Source: a virus. From it: 64,000 bases of DNA. Positions 37,930-46,764 of the stretch are shown in pieces. A program made the translations under genes and the position numbers. The stretch's first letter is position 1, and every line of letters begins with the position of its first letter. The notes under the pieces were generated by a model, which did not search any database, was not told the DNA's origin, and was given only the letters and a program-made list of their open reading frames with translations. The stretch is from IMG/VR virus record IMGVR_UViG_3300010885_081999, positions 1-64,000 of that record, one strand, 5' to 3'.

Positions 37930-39405
37930 ACGGTGCCGACCGAGGAATCGGCTCCACAGGAGACCGTACGGAATCGGATCGATCTGGGTGATGCCGAGGA
38001 GGTAGTTGACGAGAGAACCGGGACCGCTGCCACGTCCGGGTCCGAAGAGGGTCCGCGTCTCGGCACGCTTGAAGATCTTGTACATTGTCACGAAGTACGA
38101 GGCATGACCCAGGTACTTGATGTCGGACAGCTCGGACTTCGCTCGTTCGACGTACTCGGGCTTGTCCACCATTCCCTCGCGGACGAGTCCCTCCTTGACG
38201 AGGTCGGTGAGCTGCTGGAATGCGGTCCTCTCAGGAGTGTCGAGCTTCGGGAGCTTCGCCTTGACATCGACCCAGGTGTCCTCGCAGTTCTGCCAAGCGA
38301 GGTCGTGGGTCCGCTCGATCGCGTCGCGGACCTCCTCCTCAGCACCTCGGTAGAAGTCGTAGGAGTCGTACGACGACTTGAACTCGTCCCACATCTGGGT
38401 GGCGTTCTTGGGATACAGCTCGCACTTCAGGTCCTCGAACTTGGGCAGCGCCGTCTGATCCAGCTTCGCACCCATCCAGCCGAGCTTCTTGTAGAGCTCG
38501 CGGGCCTGCCATTTGGAGGGATCGGGATAGTGGGCATCGCAGGTGGCGATCAGCTTCACGCCGCTTCGTCGAGACAGGTCGATGAGGTACTTGTTCACCA
38601 CGTGCTGCTTCGGCAGCTTGTTGAACTGTAGCTCGAGGAAGAAGTTGTCACGACCGACCGCGTCGGTGAACCTGTCGGTGAGGTTCTGCAGCTCACTGAT
38701 GATCTGATCGGATGTCTTACCGTACGCCTCGCCGCGGAGGATCGTGCCGCTGTAGATGCCGCCGAGGCACGCCGTCGACCAGATGATGCCCTTACCCCAC
38801 TTTCGGAGGAGGTCGAAGTCGATGCGAGGATAGCGGTAGAAGCCGTCCTTGAAAGACGCCTTCACGAGGCGGTTGATGTTCGCGAGACCCTCGGCTGTCT
38901 GGGCGACCGCGACGAGGTGGTATCGACGCTGCCAGTCGGGCTTCTCCTTGTAGTCGTCCGACTTGGTCTCTGCCTCGTCCTCGACGACGTGGCCTCCCGC
39001 CTCCTCTTCCTCTGCGACCTCGTCTGCGTCGACGTCCGTCCGGACCTTCGCCTTCTTCTCAGCTTCGGCCGCGGTCTTCGCGTCCTTGATCGACTGCTTG
39101 TGTGCTTCGTAGTCGAGCTTCCACTGTGCGAGCGAAGTAACAAAGTAGAACTCCACGCCGTAGAGCTGTCTGTACTTCACGCCCTTCTTCTGCAGCTTCT
39201 TTGCCGCAGAATGTGCATGGGCGAGACCGTTGCCGTTGCCGTGGTCGGTGAGGGCCCACGCGTCCTGCCCTTGCGACTCGGAGGTCACGAACTTCACGTG
39301 ATCCTCGGGATACCCGAGGCCGTCGAATGTCGAAAATCCGCTGTGATTGTGGAAGGAAACGAACTTCTGGGGAGGGCGAATCAGATCGACGGGACGATTT
39401 GACAT
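37639..39405 (-). CDS. dnaE: DNA polymerase III alpha, N-terminal fragment (PHP domain) fused to split-intein IntN
   Basis: HNHSGFSTFDG, TDHG, CDAHY, GPGRGS, LLGITQIDP and LLWSRFL, then a 96-aa IntN. Confidence 0.92.
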   Translation of the reverse strand: MSNRPVDLIRPPQKFVSFHNHSGFSTFDGLGYPEDHVKFVTSESQGQDAWALTDHGNGNGLAHAHSAAKKLQKKGVKYRQLYGVEFYFVTSLAQWKLDYEAHKQSIKDAKTAAEAEKKAKVRTDVDADEVAEEEEAGGHVVEDEAETKSDDYKEKPDWQRRYHLVAVAQTAEGLANINRLVKASFKDGFYRYPRIDFDLLRKWGKGIIWSTACLGGIYSGTILRGEAYGKTSDQIISELQNLTDRFTDAVGRDNFFLELQFNKLPKQHVVNKYLIDLSRRSGVKLIATCDAHYPDPSKWQARELYKKLGWMGAKLDQTALPKFEDLKCELYPKNATQMWDEFKSSYDSYDFYRGAEEEVRDAIERTHDLAWQNCEDTWVDVKAKLPKLDTPERTAFQQLTDLVKEGLVREGMVDKPEYVERAKSELSDIKYLGHASYFVTMYKIFKRAETRTLFGPGRGSGPGSLVNYLLGITQIDPIPYGLLWSRFLGRHRCLQKDSLVLTENGVKPIKDLGLGEKVLTHGGTYESVIDKEDDVGHDINAVIKTSRENFSCSPNHRWLVRRAGEVKEVMTTDLKKGDKLLFVKKKSP

Positions 39406-39462
39406 GTTACACCAACCATAACACGTGAGGAAGCCCGTTTACACTCGGATTTTCGAAAACGA

Positions 39463-39487
39463 TTCGGGCTCCACAGAGGAGCCCGAA
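39463..39487. terminator. Hairpin downstream of 39515..40117
   Basis: TTCGGGCTCC-acaga-GGAGCCCGAA perfect 10-bp stem. Confidence 0.6.
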
Positions 39488-39514
39488 GTCGCAACGATCT
39501 GTCAGAGGTCTATT

Positions 39515-40117
39515 TCAGACCCGGTAGCCCTTGTCCACAGCCAGCGTCTCTGCCTCTATGCCAGCAGCTTCGAGCTGATCGACGATGGCTTGTGCCTCCT
39601 CCTCTGAAGCGAAGGCACGAGACGAATTGTAGCCGGGGTTGGCGCTCGAAGCACCCACGAGCTTGAACTTGATGCCATTTTTCGCAGCAATTGCATCGAA
39701 GGTCTTCTTGGTCTTGTCCCACTCCTTCGCAGAAAGGCCAGAATAAGACGGCGGAAGTATGTGTCCGCTGAGGGCAACAACCCACTCTCTCGGGGCCGAA
39801 GAGAAAGAGTCTATGTATTCGAGGACCGCGGAGGTCATGTTGGCCTCGGTCGCTCCCTGGGAGATCCAGTCCGCCATCCTGTCGACGATTGGATCGGTCT
39901 CTTTAGGGGGATACATGACGCCTGGGAGACCACGAAGATACGACCAGGCTTCAACGGCAGCGCCGTATGCATTGCCTGTCTTAAAGGCCTTGACGAACCC
40001 TGCGTTGGCCAATACCCTCTTGACGATCTGTGCACTGACGTCGGTTCCTTCGCGGAGGGCGACCTTCTGCACTTCTTCCTTGATGATTCTGCGAAGCTGA
40101 CTGACTGTGATCTTCAT
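39515..40117 (-). CDS. Leader-tagged hypothetical protein
   Basis: MKITVSQLRRIIKEEVQKVALRE; ATATTTA upstream. Confidence 0.75.
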   Translation of the reverse strand: MKITVSQLRRIIKEEVQKVALREGTDVSAQIVKRVLANAGFVKAFKTGNAYGAAVEAWSYLRGLPGVMYPPKETDPIVDRMADWISQGATEANMTSAVLEYIDSFSSAPREWVVALSGHILPPSYSGLSAKEWDKTKKTFDAIAAKNGIKFKLVGASSANPGYNSSRAFASEEEAQAIVDQLEAAGIEAETLAVDKGYRV

Positions 40118-40160
40118 GCGTTTTTCCTTTTGATCGAAAGAAATGCAAATAAATATTCCG

Positions 40161-41153
40161 TCAGGCCGGAAAGTGCTGCAGCAGGTCCACTTTCTTTGCG
40201 GCTGCCTCGTCGAGGTACTTCAGCGGGTTGTAGTCCTCGGATCCCCTGATCCACTCCAGGGTCTCTCGAATACCCTGCGACAAATCAAGTTCTGGTTTCC
40301 ACCCAAGCTTTTCCCTGATTTTCTGAGAGGACAATCGGTGGTTACCGAGGTAGTCCGTCTTGGGATGCCACACCAGCCGTCCGCTCGTGCCAGGGAGGTG
40401 GGCATCGACTTCGGACACGACCTCGGACGCGGGACGGGCAGTCTCCGCCGCAACGTTCCAGTCGGTTCCCCATCCCTGACCCATGGGATCTCGGCACACG
40501 ACCTCGATCGCCTTGCAGAAGTCCGACACGTGGAGGTAGTCCTTCACCTTGGTGGGATCGAGGAACATGTCGATCGAAGGTCGACCTTTCAGGGAGGCAT
40601 AGATCGACTTCGCGATGAGGGAGTTCATGTCACCGAGACCTCCGAAGGCGAAGAGGGGACGCACGATCGTCCATCGATTCGCCATCGCGGTGACGATCTG
40701 CTCGGCCGCGAGCTTCTGGACGCCGTAATATGTCCGCGGGCACTTGTCAGAGGCTTCCGTGATCCACTCGTCCTGGTATTTCGGAGTATCGTAGATCACC
40801 GTCGTGCCGAGGTAGCAGACAGCCGCCTTGGCCCTGTTCGCAGCCCGGACGATGTTGTAGGTGCCTTGCACGTTGGAAAGCACAGCTTCCTGAGGATCGA
40901 GCGCGACGACGTCTGTACCTACGACGGCCGCATTGTGCACGACGACGTCGATGTCGTTACCGTAGAGAACGTTGTACCATGCATCTTCTGAGTTCTGCCA
41001 GATGCATGCCTCCCCCGTCTTCGGAACCTTCTTGGGTTCTGCTGCGTCGGAGAAGAGCTCACCGTCAGTGACGACCTCGTGCTTACGAGACTCGAGGACG
41101 ACCTTGAGGTTGCGTGAGATCAGCCCGTTTTGGCCCGTGATGTAGAACTTCAT
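40161..41153 (-). CDS. Divergent NAD-dependent NDP-sugar epimerase/dehydratase
   Basis: ITGQNGLIS, HNAA, YGVQK and DYLHVSD; start MKFYITG. Confidence 0.85.
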   Translation of the reverse strand: MKFYITGQNGLISRNLKVVLESRKHEVVTDGELFSDAAEPKKVPKTGEACIWQNSEDAWYNVLYGNDIDVVVHNAAVVGTDVVALDPQEAVLSNVQGTYNIVRAANRAKAAVCYLGTTVIYDTPKYQDEWITEASDKCPRTYYGVQKLAAEQIVTAMANRWTIVRPLFAFGGLGDMNSLIAKSIYASLKGRPSIDMFLDPTKVKDYLHVSDFCKAIEVVCRDPMGQGWGTDWNVAAETARPASEVVSEVDAHLPGTSGRLVWHPKTDYLGNHRLSSQKIREKLGWKPELDLSQGIRETLEWIRGSEDYNPLKYLDEAAAKKVDLLQHFPA

Positions 41154-41170
41154 TGTACCTCCATCATAAA

Positions 41171-41206
41171 CGGCTCGGGCGGCCATTTTCACAGCCGCCC
41201 GAGCCG
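41171..41206. promoter_or_regulatory. 13-bp inverted repeat overlapping the epimerase promoter
   Basis: CGGCTCGGGCGGC-N10-GCCGCCCGAGCCG. Confidence 0.55.
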
Positions 41207-41214
41207 AAGCTATC

Positions 41215-41670
41215 TCACTCAATTTCCTTGTCGTACGGTTCGTAGAGCATCTTTCCTGCGGCCTTGCTGCGATCGAGATAATCCTCGAGCTCTTCGAATG
41301 AAGTACACACGCGTGCACCTGATCTACTCAACATGAGGTTGAATTTTGCTCCAGCTGGGAGTCCGGCGCAGAAGTAGATGATGTGCTTGTCGAAGGCTGT
41401 TGCATATCCGCACTCCATGATAGTGCCCAAGTCCTTATCGCGAGTGTTGACGACAAGGAAGTCAGATTCGCGGATGTGTTTCAAATTACCCTGATAAGTC
41501 GCATCCTGAACCTCACGGGAAGCATTTGGTGGGCAAATGAAGATTCGTCGTGGAGACGCCATGTCAATCCAGTCCTTACGTGCCTCCATGATTTGTTCGA
41601 GTCTGGTGAGCTCGGCGTCTTGAACGGGGTTGAACCAGCCTGCGGCGAGGTACATCTTTTTGCGATTCAT
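41215..41670 (-). CDS. Nucleoside 2'-deoxyribosyltransferase / nucleotide N-glycosidase (NDT/MilB/Rcl family)
   Basis: YLAAGWF, SPR, DLGTIMECGYA and NLML. Confidence 0.8.
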   Translation of the reverse strand: MNRKKMYLAAGWFNPVQDAELTRLEQIMEARKDWIDMASPRRIFICPPNASREVQDATYQGNLKHIRESDFLVVNTRDKDLGTIMECGYATAFDKHIIYFCAGLPAGAKFNLMLSRSGARVCTSFEELEDYLDRSKAAGKMLYEPYDKEIE

Positions 41671-42566
41671 CTTTGATTTGCCTTTCTAGTTGTGTATTCC
41701 AATAGTAGCATGTCTTTATCAATTGAACAACGTGACTGTTTACGCACGTTGTCAACTGCAGGAATGAATTCTAAGTTAGAAATGTCACCAATGACTTCTG
41801 GTGGCAGGCCTTGCCTAAAGCCTTCGGCAACAGAGAACTTGTGATCTAGGTGATACTCACCTCGCTTATCGTGGTTGTCGAGTTGATCTATCGGTTGCAT
41901 ACGAGTGAAATGATCAACTCTTCTTCTATAGTCCTGAAATTCAGGTAGATCATCGACGTACTGTTGCCAAGTTTTTCCATGCGTCTTGAGCAGCTTCTTG
42001 TCCATAGAAGAAGAGATAAACGCTGGCGATAAGACGATGTTGTGCACTCCAAACTTTTCGACACAAGTTTCTTCTGCTCGAGATCGTAGAATAGGAGATT
42101 CGAAAGTCGATGGGCCACCCCATCTATCAGTCATCGTTTGGCGCCGCCGGGCAAGCACTTCGGGATTTTCAATCGGAGACTTATAGCCGTATCTCTTCAA
42201 ATTTGTCTCTTCGATCTTGGCCCTAAACTCTTCCGTCTGAGAGTAAACATCGACTCCATAACGCTCGCGAGTAGTCTTCTTCGACTTCTCTTTGGTTGAG
42301 TCAAGCTCAAATGTGCTAGCAACACCATACTTTCTAATGTTGTTATTTTTGCGTTTTTCTTTTATCTCATCGCAAGACATTGGAAAGTCTGTCCCGTGCT
42401 TCTCTAAACTCTTCTTTCGACGAAGCTCGTATGTGATACCGCCTTTCTTCTGGGCAAGGTAGATGCACTCTTTCGAGCAAAAGAAGAAGCCAGATTTGTT
42501 GCTAAGCGGATTCTTTGGCACGAATATCGTCTTGCACTGCGAGCAGATTTTCTCTTTCATCGCCAA
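41667..42566 (-). CDS. Putative HNH homing endonuclease with KYG repeats (lower GC)
   Basis: CSQC/FCSKEC, repeated (K/R)YG units, YHLDHKFS...SNLEFIPAVDNVRK. Confidence 0.72.
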   Translation of the reverse strand: MAMKEKICSQCKTIFVPKNPLSNKSGFFFCSKECIYLAQKKGGITYELRRKKSLEKHGTDFPMSCDEIKEKRKNNNIRKYGVASTFELDSTKEKSKKTTRERYGVDVYSQTEEFRAKIEETNLKRYGYKSPIENPEVLARRRQTMTDRWGGPSTFESPILRSRAEETCVEKFGVHNIVLSPAFISSSMDKKLLKTHGKTWQQYVDDLPEFQDYRRRVDHFTRMQPIDQLDNHDKRGEYHLDHKFSVAEGFRQGLPPEVIGDISNLEFIPAVDNVRKQSRCSIDKDMLLLEYTTRKANQR

Positions 42567-42681
42567 TCCTCTCTCGAATGATCTCGGCGACGAATTGACT
42601 CATCAGTAATCCATGTTGAGCACAATACACCTTCAGCGCTTTGTGAGTCTCTTCGTCCACCGAGATCTTCGATTGTTTCAT
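42502..42681 (-). CDS. Small ribbon-helix-helix-like regulator, not in the ORF track
   Basis: Manual translation, 59 aa: MKQSKISVDEETHKALKVYCAQHGLLMSQFVAEIIRERI... Confidence 0.6.
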   Translation of the reverse strand: MKQSKISVDEETHKALKVYCAQHGLLMSQFVAEIIRERIGDERENLLAVQDDIRAKESA

Positions 42682-42717
42682 GGCTATACGTATCTAAGCA
42701 AGTACTAAAGTACTTAG

Positions 42718-43701
42718 TTACTTACCTACCTTCCAATCGTTGTGCTGCCTCTTGATGGCATTCCAGTCTGTCATGTCTGCGTTCCACAGCTCGGTGAATC
42801 GCTTCTGTGGTCCGTTGCCGTGGGTGCCGTTGATGTCCTCGCGGGTCGACTGATAGATCGTGTCCTGTGGATGGAACTCGAACGTGTCGTTCTTCGGGAT
42901 GGGCCAGTAGAGGTTCGTGCCTCGCGACACGAACTTGTCACCTTCCTTGACGCGGAAGGTCTTGATGTAGTGCATGTCGGGCTTGTTGAAGTCGATCACG
43001 GACGTGAACTCGGGGATCACCTTCGCCACCTCGACTGCCATGCGAGACGCGAGGAGGTTGTCGGCAGCCGGCTGGATCTGGGTGTCCATTCGCTGGTAGA
43101 TGAAGCCGATGAGCTCCTTGAGTGGGAGGCGCATGTAGTAGAACGACGTCATGCACTTCGGGAGGATGAGTCGGGCATCCATCATCGACACGACCTTCGA
43201 ATCCGTCATGTCGGCATAGAGCTGCTTCGAGTCCTCGACGAGCTTCTTCCATCGAGCGTGGAACTCAGGAGAGTTCTGGACGGGCTCGGGAATCACAGCG
43301 TCGTCGTCTCGGAGGTCACGGTCGCCCGTGCACTGGGCGGCGAAGGTGCCGGCACGATGGCGGATGATGTGTGTCACCTCCTGAAACGAGAGGCCGCTGA
43401 GACGGAAAGTGAAGCCGAGGCACTCCATGGGAGCGGGAAGCGTGCGGCCGCCGAACACGTCCTCGAGGTTCTTCGACAGCTCACGCTGGGTGACGCCGCT
43501 GGTGGGATCGATGTCCGGGCGGTCTGCCCACGTCGCCTTGACGTAGTGCCACGCGACGTTCCAGGCCTGCTGACGCGTGGGAGCGTCGACTAGCTCCACC
43601 TTGAGGGCATCGAGGTTGTTGTGGAACTGGGTCTTCGGTTCTTGACCGAACTTGAGGACCATGGGAAGCTCAATGGGTTGAAGATCACGATTGATGGGCA
43701 T
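42718..43701 (-). CDS. Divergent ThyX-fold (flavin-dependent) protein
   Basis: FTFRLSGLS...HIIRHRAGTFAAQCTGDR and DARLILP; canonical ESxRY replaced. Confidence 0.75.
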   Translation of the reverse strand: MPINRDLQPIELPMVLKFGQEPKTQFHNNLDALKVELVDAPTRQQAWNVAWHYVKATWADRPDIDPTSGVTQRELSKNLEDVFGGRTLPAPMECLGFTFRLSGLSFQEVTHIIRHRAGTFAAQCTGDRDLRDDDAVIPEPVQNSPEFHARWKKLVEDSKQLYADMTDSKVVSMMDARLILPKCMTSFYYMRLPLKELIGFIYQRMDTQIQPAADNLLASRMAVEVAKVIPEFTSVIDFNKPDMHYIKTFRVKEGDKFVSRGTNLYWPIPKNDTFEFHPQDTIYQSTREDINGTHGNGPQKRFTELWNADMTDWNAIKRQHNDWKVGK

Positions 43702-43777
43702 TCTTACCTCTGTGTTTGAATTGATGCAGACTCTTGTATCCTAAACAGACAAGTCGTTTCTTTGCATCGTCGGGACG

Positions 43778-44722
43778 TCAAATGACGTAATCGACGAAAC
43801 TGATGGGGTCGCTGCCCTCTGGGACATACACGACGTTCTTCATTCCCTCGACCTCGGCGTTGTAAGTCTTTTCGGGAACGATCACAGGCACTCCGTGTTT
43901 CGCGTATTCCGCTGCGTGCTTCGCAGAATCATCGACGGCGAAATACTTGCCGGTGGAGTAGTAGGGTTGGTCGGTGAGCCACACGTATTTCTCAGGCGTG
44001 AATGTCACGCCGTCGGCCGCGATGTCGTGCCTCGAAAGCCAGGAGTACGTGTCGTAGAAGGCGGTGAGATTGGAGGCAGGACGTGCAGTGACGATCTGGA
44101 TCCAGTATCCTCTGTCCTTGAGGTGCCTCAGGAGACCCGTGTACTTTTCGTTGCGTTCGAGCAGGAGAAATCCGTGTGTGTCGATGAAGGTCTTGAAGAG
44201 GACCTCGTTGTTGAGTCCGCTCTTCTTCAGTTCTTCTGTGGCATAATACTGTTTGCTCTTGGGATCGAGAAAGCAACCCGTCGTTTCGGTCACCCATCCA
44301 CAGAATGAAGACCTGAACTCGGCGAGGACGTCGTCCATGTCGAACAGGGCGACAGGCTGTCCGGCCCACTTCTTTGTGGAAAGCTCGTGCCTGTAGTGGA
44401 GGAAGTCGTCCTTCTGCGACAAGGCGGCCTCGAAAGTGGAGGCGCCGATTCCCCAGAGGTTCAACATCGCGAGGATGTAACGGTATGCGTCGACGGACTT
44501 GTAGAGTATCTTCTGCACGTCGACGGGATGCTTGACACCTCGATGATCCTTGTAGTTGACGCCCTCAACGATTCCGCTTGCTTCGGCGTGAAGTGCAAGA
44601 ACGAACGTCTTGAGAAGCTCTTGCTTCTGCCAGTCGTCCAGCTTCTCAGGATCGAAGAAGATGTCTGAGAAGGCCTTCTGACGCCCTAGGGCTTCGTGCA
44701 GCTTCGACCAGTCGTTCATCAA
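43778..44722 (-). CDS. All-alpha NTP-PPase-like domain fused to HAD 5'(3')-deoxyribonucleotidase-like domain
   Basis: N-terminal LALHAE...NYKDHR...VDAYRY; C-terminal FDMDDVL, IVTARP and VDDS. Confidence 0.7.
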   Translation of the reverse strand: MMNDWSKLHEALGRQKAFSDIFFDPEKLDDWQKQELLKTFVLALHAEASGIVEGVNYKDHRGVKHPVDVQKILYKSVDAYRYILAMLNLWGIGASTFEAALSQKDDFLHYRHELSTKKWAGQPVALFDMDDVLAEFRSSFCGWVTETTGCFLDPKSKQYYATEELKKSGLNNEVLFKTFIDTHGFLLLERNEKYTGLLRHLKDRGYWIQIVTARPASNLTAFYDTYSWLSRHDIAADGVTFTPEKYVWLTDQPYYSTGKYFAVDDSAKHAAEYAKHGVPVIVPEKTYNAEVEGMKNVVYVPEGSDPISFVDYVI

Positions 44723-45096
44723 TAGTCCTTCTTGATTCGATCGTTGATGATCTTGTCCTTCTTGAGATAGGCTTCGAACAGCTCATCCGCCGTGATTCCC
44801 AGCATGATGGGCACCGCGAGAAAGAAGTTGAACGCATCCACGTACTCCTCGAGGAATGCCTCCTGATCGAAGTCTTTCACCTCTGTCGCACGATGCGGCT
44901 TCCAGTTCTTCAGGTGCTGAAGCGCCTCGAACATCTCCTCGACGCCCTTCAGGACGTTGTCGCGCACTGCGATCTGACCCTCCTTCGAGGTGATGTCGAC
45001 GGGCCACTTCTGCAACACGGCGGGCCTCGCAGCAGCGAGGTCTTTCATGAACTTCTCTCGAAGCTCCAGCATTTTCGATAGACGGTCTTCTTGCAT
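44719..45096 (-). CDS. Dimeric dUTPase/dCTPase (MazG-like, T4 gp56 type)
   Basis: EEMFEA...NWKPHR...LEEYVDAFNFF...YLKK. Confidence 0.8.
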   Translation of the reverse strand: MQEDRLSKMLELREKFMKDLAAARPAVLQKWPVDITSKEGQIAVRDNVLKGVEEMFEALQHLKNWKPHRATEVKDFDQEAFLEEYVDAFNFFLAVPIMLGITADELFEAYLKKDKIINDRIKKDY

Positions 45097-45152
45097 GACT
45101 AAGTTCATCATACACATGGGTCAAACTGCAGTACAATCGATATTTACGGTAC

Positions 45153-45458
45153 ATGAGAAACGTCCGAAACATCGCGAAGATCCTTCAGGAGAGATTCGGT
45201 GACCCGATAGGAAGCTATGCAGGAGACGCACCCGTCGGTGTGAGAGACGAAGTTTCCGTCTGTCCACACTGCGGAATGATGCCGGTCGGCGGTCGATGTG
45301 GATGTTCTGAGGACTGTGGATGCGGAGCACCTTCGGGCGAATGCAGCTGCGGCATGAAGACAGAGGGCGCCGACGTGACGGACGAGGGCCTCTCGACGTG
45401 CGACGAATGCGGAATGCTCGAGGTCGAAGGCGGGTGCGGATGCACCCACGAGATGTGA
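45153..45458 (+). CDS. Cys-rich small protein (metallothionein-like)
   Basis: CPHC, CGC, CGC, CSC, CDEC, CGC; ATATTTA upstream. Confidence 0.65.
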   Translation: MRNVRNIAKILQERFGDPIGSYAGDAPVGVRDEVSVCPHCGMMPVGGRCGCSEDCGCGAPSGECSCGMKTEGADVTDEGLSTCDECGMLEVEGGCGCTHEM

Positions 45459-45467
45459 GAGGACCAC

Positions 45468-46100
45468 GTGAAGTTCTCTGTCGGCGTCGTGAAGTACGGT
45501 GACATGCCATCGAAGCAGTGGTACATGTCGCCACAACACAAGGCGTGGTACTACCACACTCCCAGGACATCGCCTTCGGAGGAGCTGACGCCAAAGTTCC
45601 TCGAGGCGACGCTCGATGCTCCGCTGCGTCTCTTGGCACTGGGACTCAACTCCCTAGGATACACGACACTGCCTTCTTGCAGCGGACACTACAAGTCAGC
45701 CGACGAACTGAACGAGGCGTACGACGCCCTGGTTGACGACGCAAGAAAGATCAGAAAATCGGGCTTAGAACTAATCGACGTTGAGACGGGGAATATTCTG
45801 ACCCATCACGACGAGTCCTGGCACCTTCCCTGGGACCGACGGGAGTTCGCTGCAGCAGCGAGCGGTACCGATGGACGTCCTGAAGGCTACCTCGGATTCT
45901 GCGTTCCGAAGAACGACGGCTACAAGGTGGGCAAGGCAGTGGACGACGCCGTCTCCTCAACGATGGGTACCCGTTATGAGACGAAGAGGTCCCCGACGGG
46001 CTACGTGTTCGAGCTGAGGGTCCACACCGGAAAACAGAAATCCCAGGACGACGCATGGCGTGACCTGGGAGATTCCGTGATGTTGGGACTGTTGAAGTAG
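45468..46100 (+). CDS. Hypothetical protein
   Basis: 210 aa; LNSLGYTTLPSCSGH motif; GAGGA SD. Confidence 0.65.
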   Translation: MKFSVGVVKYGDMPSKQWYMSPQHKAWYYHTPRTSPSEELTPKFLEATLDAPLRLLALGLNSLGYTTLPSCSGHYKSADELNEAYDALVDDARKIRKSGLELIDVETGNILTHHDESWHLPWDRREFAAAASGTDGRPEGYLGFCVPKNDGYKVGKAVDDAVSSTMGTRYETKRSPTGYVFELRVHTGKQKSQDDAWRDLGDSVMLGLLK

Positions 46101-46101
46101 A

Positions 46102-46764
46102 TCAGAGCATCGCGAGAGCAGACTGTAGAGTGGTTCTGTCCACCTTTCCAGCAAGCTGGTCGCCGACGTACTCCTTGAACACCGGATCGCTCACGTCATC
46201 GCATCCCAAATCGGGGCAATGTCCTTCGTAGTTGCGAATGATGTAGTCAACAAGCTTGACTGGGTCGGCAGGTATAACGTCCATCGACCGTCTACGAGGA
46301 CCGCCGCCGTCGTGTTCGGCAACGAAGCCCCAATCGCCGCTCTTCCATGCCGCGAACTCCTCTTGGGTGATGCGAGCGTGGCCCTCTTTCAACGACTTCG
46401 CCTTGCGCTTGCGAGACTCGCCCATTGGTGCAGCGGGCATCGAAACCGACGGCTTGTCGTAAGCACGAAGCTTCTCGTCACCCTCAAGGTAATCCTTGAC
46501 GTGCTCCAGGTCGGTGTGAGCAGAGGCCACGAGGTCCTGCACCCAAGCAGGAAGCTGGTCTCCCATCTCGATGAGACCGCAGATGGTCTCGGCCATGTCC
46601 TTGACGTCTGACATGCGAGACTTCACCATGTAACCCTCGTCGTCCATCGGGTGACCGGACTCAAAACCGTGGAGGAAGCGCTGGGGATCCTTGCCTCCGG
46701 CAGGCATCATGGACTCGACTTCTTCCTTGATGATCTTGCGTAGTTGTGTTGCTGTGAGCTTCAT
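46102..46764 (-). CDS. Leader-tagged virion protein
   Basis: MKLTATQLRKIIKEE; EGYMVKS...LPAWVQ...DYL domain typical of large-phage head proteins. Confidence 0.75.
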   Translation of the reverse strand: MKLTATQLRKIIKEEVESMMPAGGKDPQRFLHGFESGHPMDDEGYMVKSRMSDVKDMAETICGLIEMGDQLPAWVQDLVASAHTDLEHVKDYLEGDEKLRAYDKPSVSMPAAPMGESRKRKAKSLKEGHARITQEEFAAWKSGDWGFVAEHDGGGPRRRSMDVIPADPVKLVDYIIRNYEGHCPDLGCDDVSDPVFKEYVGDQLAGKVDRTTLQSALAML

